A stretch of DNA of 54,485 bases from Patescibacteria group bacterium (GTDB taxonomy: Bacteria > Patescibacteriota > Minisyncoccia > Phycocordibacterales > Phycocordibacteraceae): contig JAIELV010000001.1 in assembly GCA_019752595.1 (NCBI GenBank), positions 1-54,485 on the forward strand. Direction: 5' to 3'. Made by a program: the position numbers and the translations under genes. The notes under the pieces were generated by a model. That model was not told where the DNA came from and ran no database searches. It saw nothing but the letters and a program-made list of their open reading frames with translations. Shown in pieces: positions 53,802 to 54,485 of the stretch. Position 1 is the stretch's first letter. Each line of letters opens with the position of its first letter.

Positions 53802-54077
53802 ATGTACGAATCTCTGCCGCATCTTTCAGATATGGCGGAGTGGGTTCGGCAGCATCCTCGGGAATCTATGTTTCTCGGTGTTGCAGCGGTCGTTGCCGCG
53901 CTTGGCGCGCAGCGCTTCATGAAATGGCGCGCTCGGCAAAAGTTTTTGGAAACAGGGAGTGATTTACCGCTCTTAGTTGAACCTCGTCGACGATCGTATA
54001 CACGTCGCGATCTTGCTATCACACCTCGCGCTCATACAAACAGACATCGGGTGAGCAGGCGCAGGCAGGGAAAATAA
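53802..54077 (+). CDS. Small membrane protein with a highly basic tail (91 aa)
   Basis: One TM helix (MFLGVAAVVAALGA) and an Arg-rich C-terminus. It lies 9 nt after the adhesin stop. Confidence 0.45.
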   Translation: MYESLPHLSDMAEWVRQHPRESMFLGVAAVVAALGAQRFMKWRARQKFLETGSDLPLLVEPRRRSYTRRDLAITPRAHTNRHRVSRRRQGK

Positions 54078-54081
54078 AAAA

Positions 54082-54104
54082 CTGAAGCTTAGCTTCGGTT
54101 TTTT
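54082..54104. terminator. Bidirectional terminator between the small ORF and thrS
   Basis: aaaaaa-ctgaagc-tta-gcttcgg-tttttt. The stem is 7 bp with one G-T pair, and A/T tracts flank both sides. Confidence 0.75.
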
Positions 54105-54485
54105 ATTTCTTCTTTCAATCGTGTAATTACGTCAACAAGAGATTTCGCCCCCTCGCTTTCTTTTCTGTTTTCAAGAGTGACAGTGTTTGATTCCACTTCT
54201 TTATCTCCAACCACTAGTAGGTAGGGGGCTTTTTCTGTTTTTGCGTTTCTGATTTTTTTACCCAAAGATTCATTTGCATCATCAAGCTCAGCACGGATAC
54301 CGTTTTCTTTGAGTTGTTTGAAAACCCCGTCAGCGTACTCTGCGTGCTTTTCCGATACGGGAAGTACTTTTACCTGAACAGGTGAAAGCCAGAGAGGGAA
54401 CGCGCCTGCGTAGTGCTCAATTAAAACGCCCATAAAGCGGTCAGGGGAGCCTATAAGGGCTCGGTGAATCATCACAGGAGTCTTC
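54089..54485 (-). CDS. thrS: Threonine--tRNA ligase, C-terminal part (5' end lies beyond the window)
   Basis: [37 protein letters not shown] followed by an anticodon-binding domain. The frame is open to the window edge. Confidence 0.9.
   Translation of the reverse strand, partial: KTPVMIHRALIGSPDRFMGVLIEHYAGAFPLWLSPVQVKVLPVSEKHAEYADGVFKQLKENGIRAELDDANESLGKKIRNAKTEKAPYLLVVGDKEVESNTVTLENRKESEGAKSLVDVITRLKEEIKNRS

Overview
Gene-dense chromosomal segment with about 56 CDS and 1 tRNA. I saw no rRNA, CRISPR array, transposase or integrase. All calls come from motif recognition in the supplied ORF translations and from reading the DNA; no database search was run. Small-feature coordinates may be off by 1-2 nt.

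Likely source (inference only): a small-genome Patescibacteria/CPR (Parcubacteria-like) bacterium. Supporting traits:
- split transketolase and a non-oxidative pentose-phosphate plus GAPDH block
- domain-minimised PheRS, RF1 and EF-Ts
- orphan purD and a stand-alone AICAR-transformylase domain
- a type IV pilin and a sortase
- several giant or Gly/Cys/Pro-Thr-rich secreted proteins
- -10 boxes 6-9 nt from start codons and almost no Shine-Dalgarno sequences

Layout:
- 1-6.5 kb: tail-fibre-like giant surface protein, glycine-rich partner and a membrane-anchored protein
- 6.5-12 kb: gap, rpiB, rpe, split tkt and a histidine phosphatase
- 12-13.6 kb: pilin and a PfkB kinase
- 13.6-19.6 kb: FAD oxidase plus a split PEP-utilising/rifampicin-phosphotransferase-like module with an HD protein
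- 19.7-28.5 kb: rplY, murein hydrolase, two secreted proteins, rpmE, prfA, rpsB, tsf and tRNA-Thr
- 29-35 kb: AICARFT, GT2 synthase, PEGA protein and pheST
- 35.3-40.2 kb: csoR-copA copper island
- 40.3-45.6 kb: reductase, P-loop kinase, TMEM175 channel, purD and gyrB
- 46.3-54.1 kb: sortase-centred surface cluster
- 54.1 kb to the window end: 3' end of thrS

Most interesting observations:
1. A secreted 501-aa protein next to the sortase whose mature form contains no lysine.
2. A 1318-aa adhesin with an LPXTG-like IPYTG + TM + GRR signal placed internally, followed by about 296 further residues.
3. One PPDK_N ATP-grasp protein followed by two paralogous proteins, each carrying an unknown domain plus a phosphohistidine swivel domain, with an HD hydrolase between them.
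4. A tail-fibre-like protein combining C1q-like and S74 chaperone modules.
5. A pervasive leaderless-type promoter architecture.
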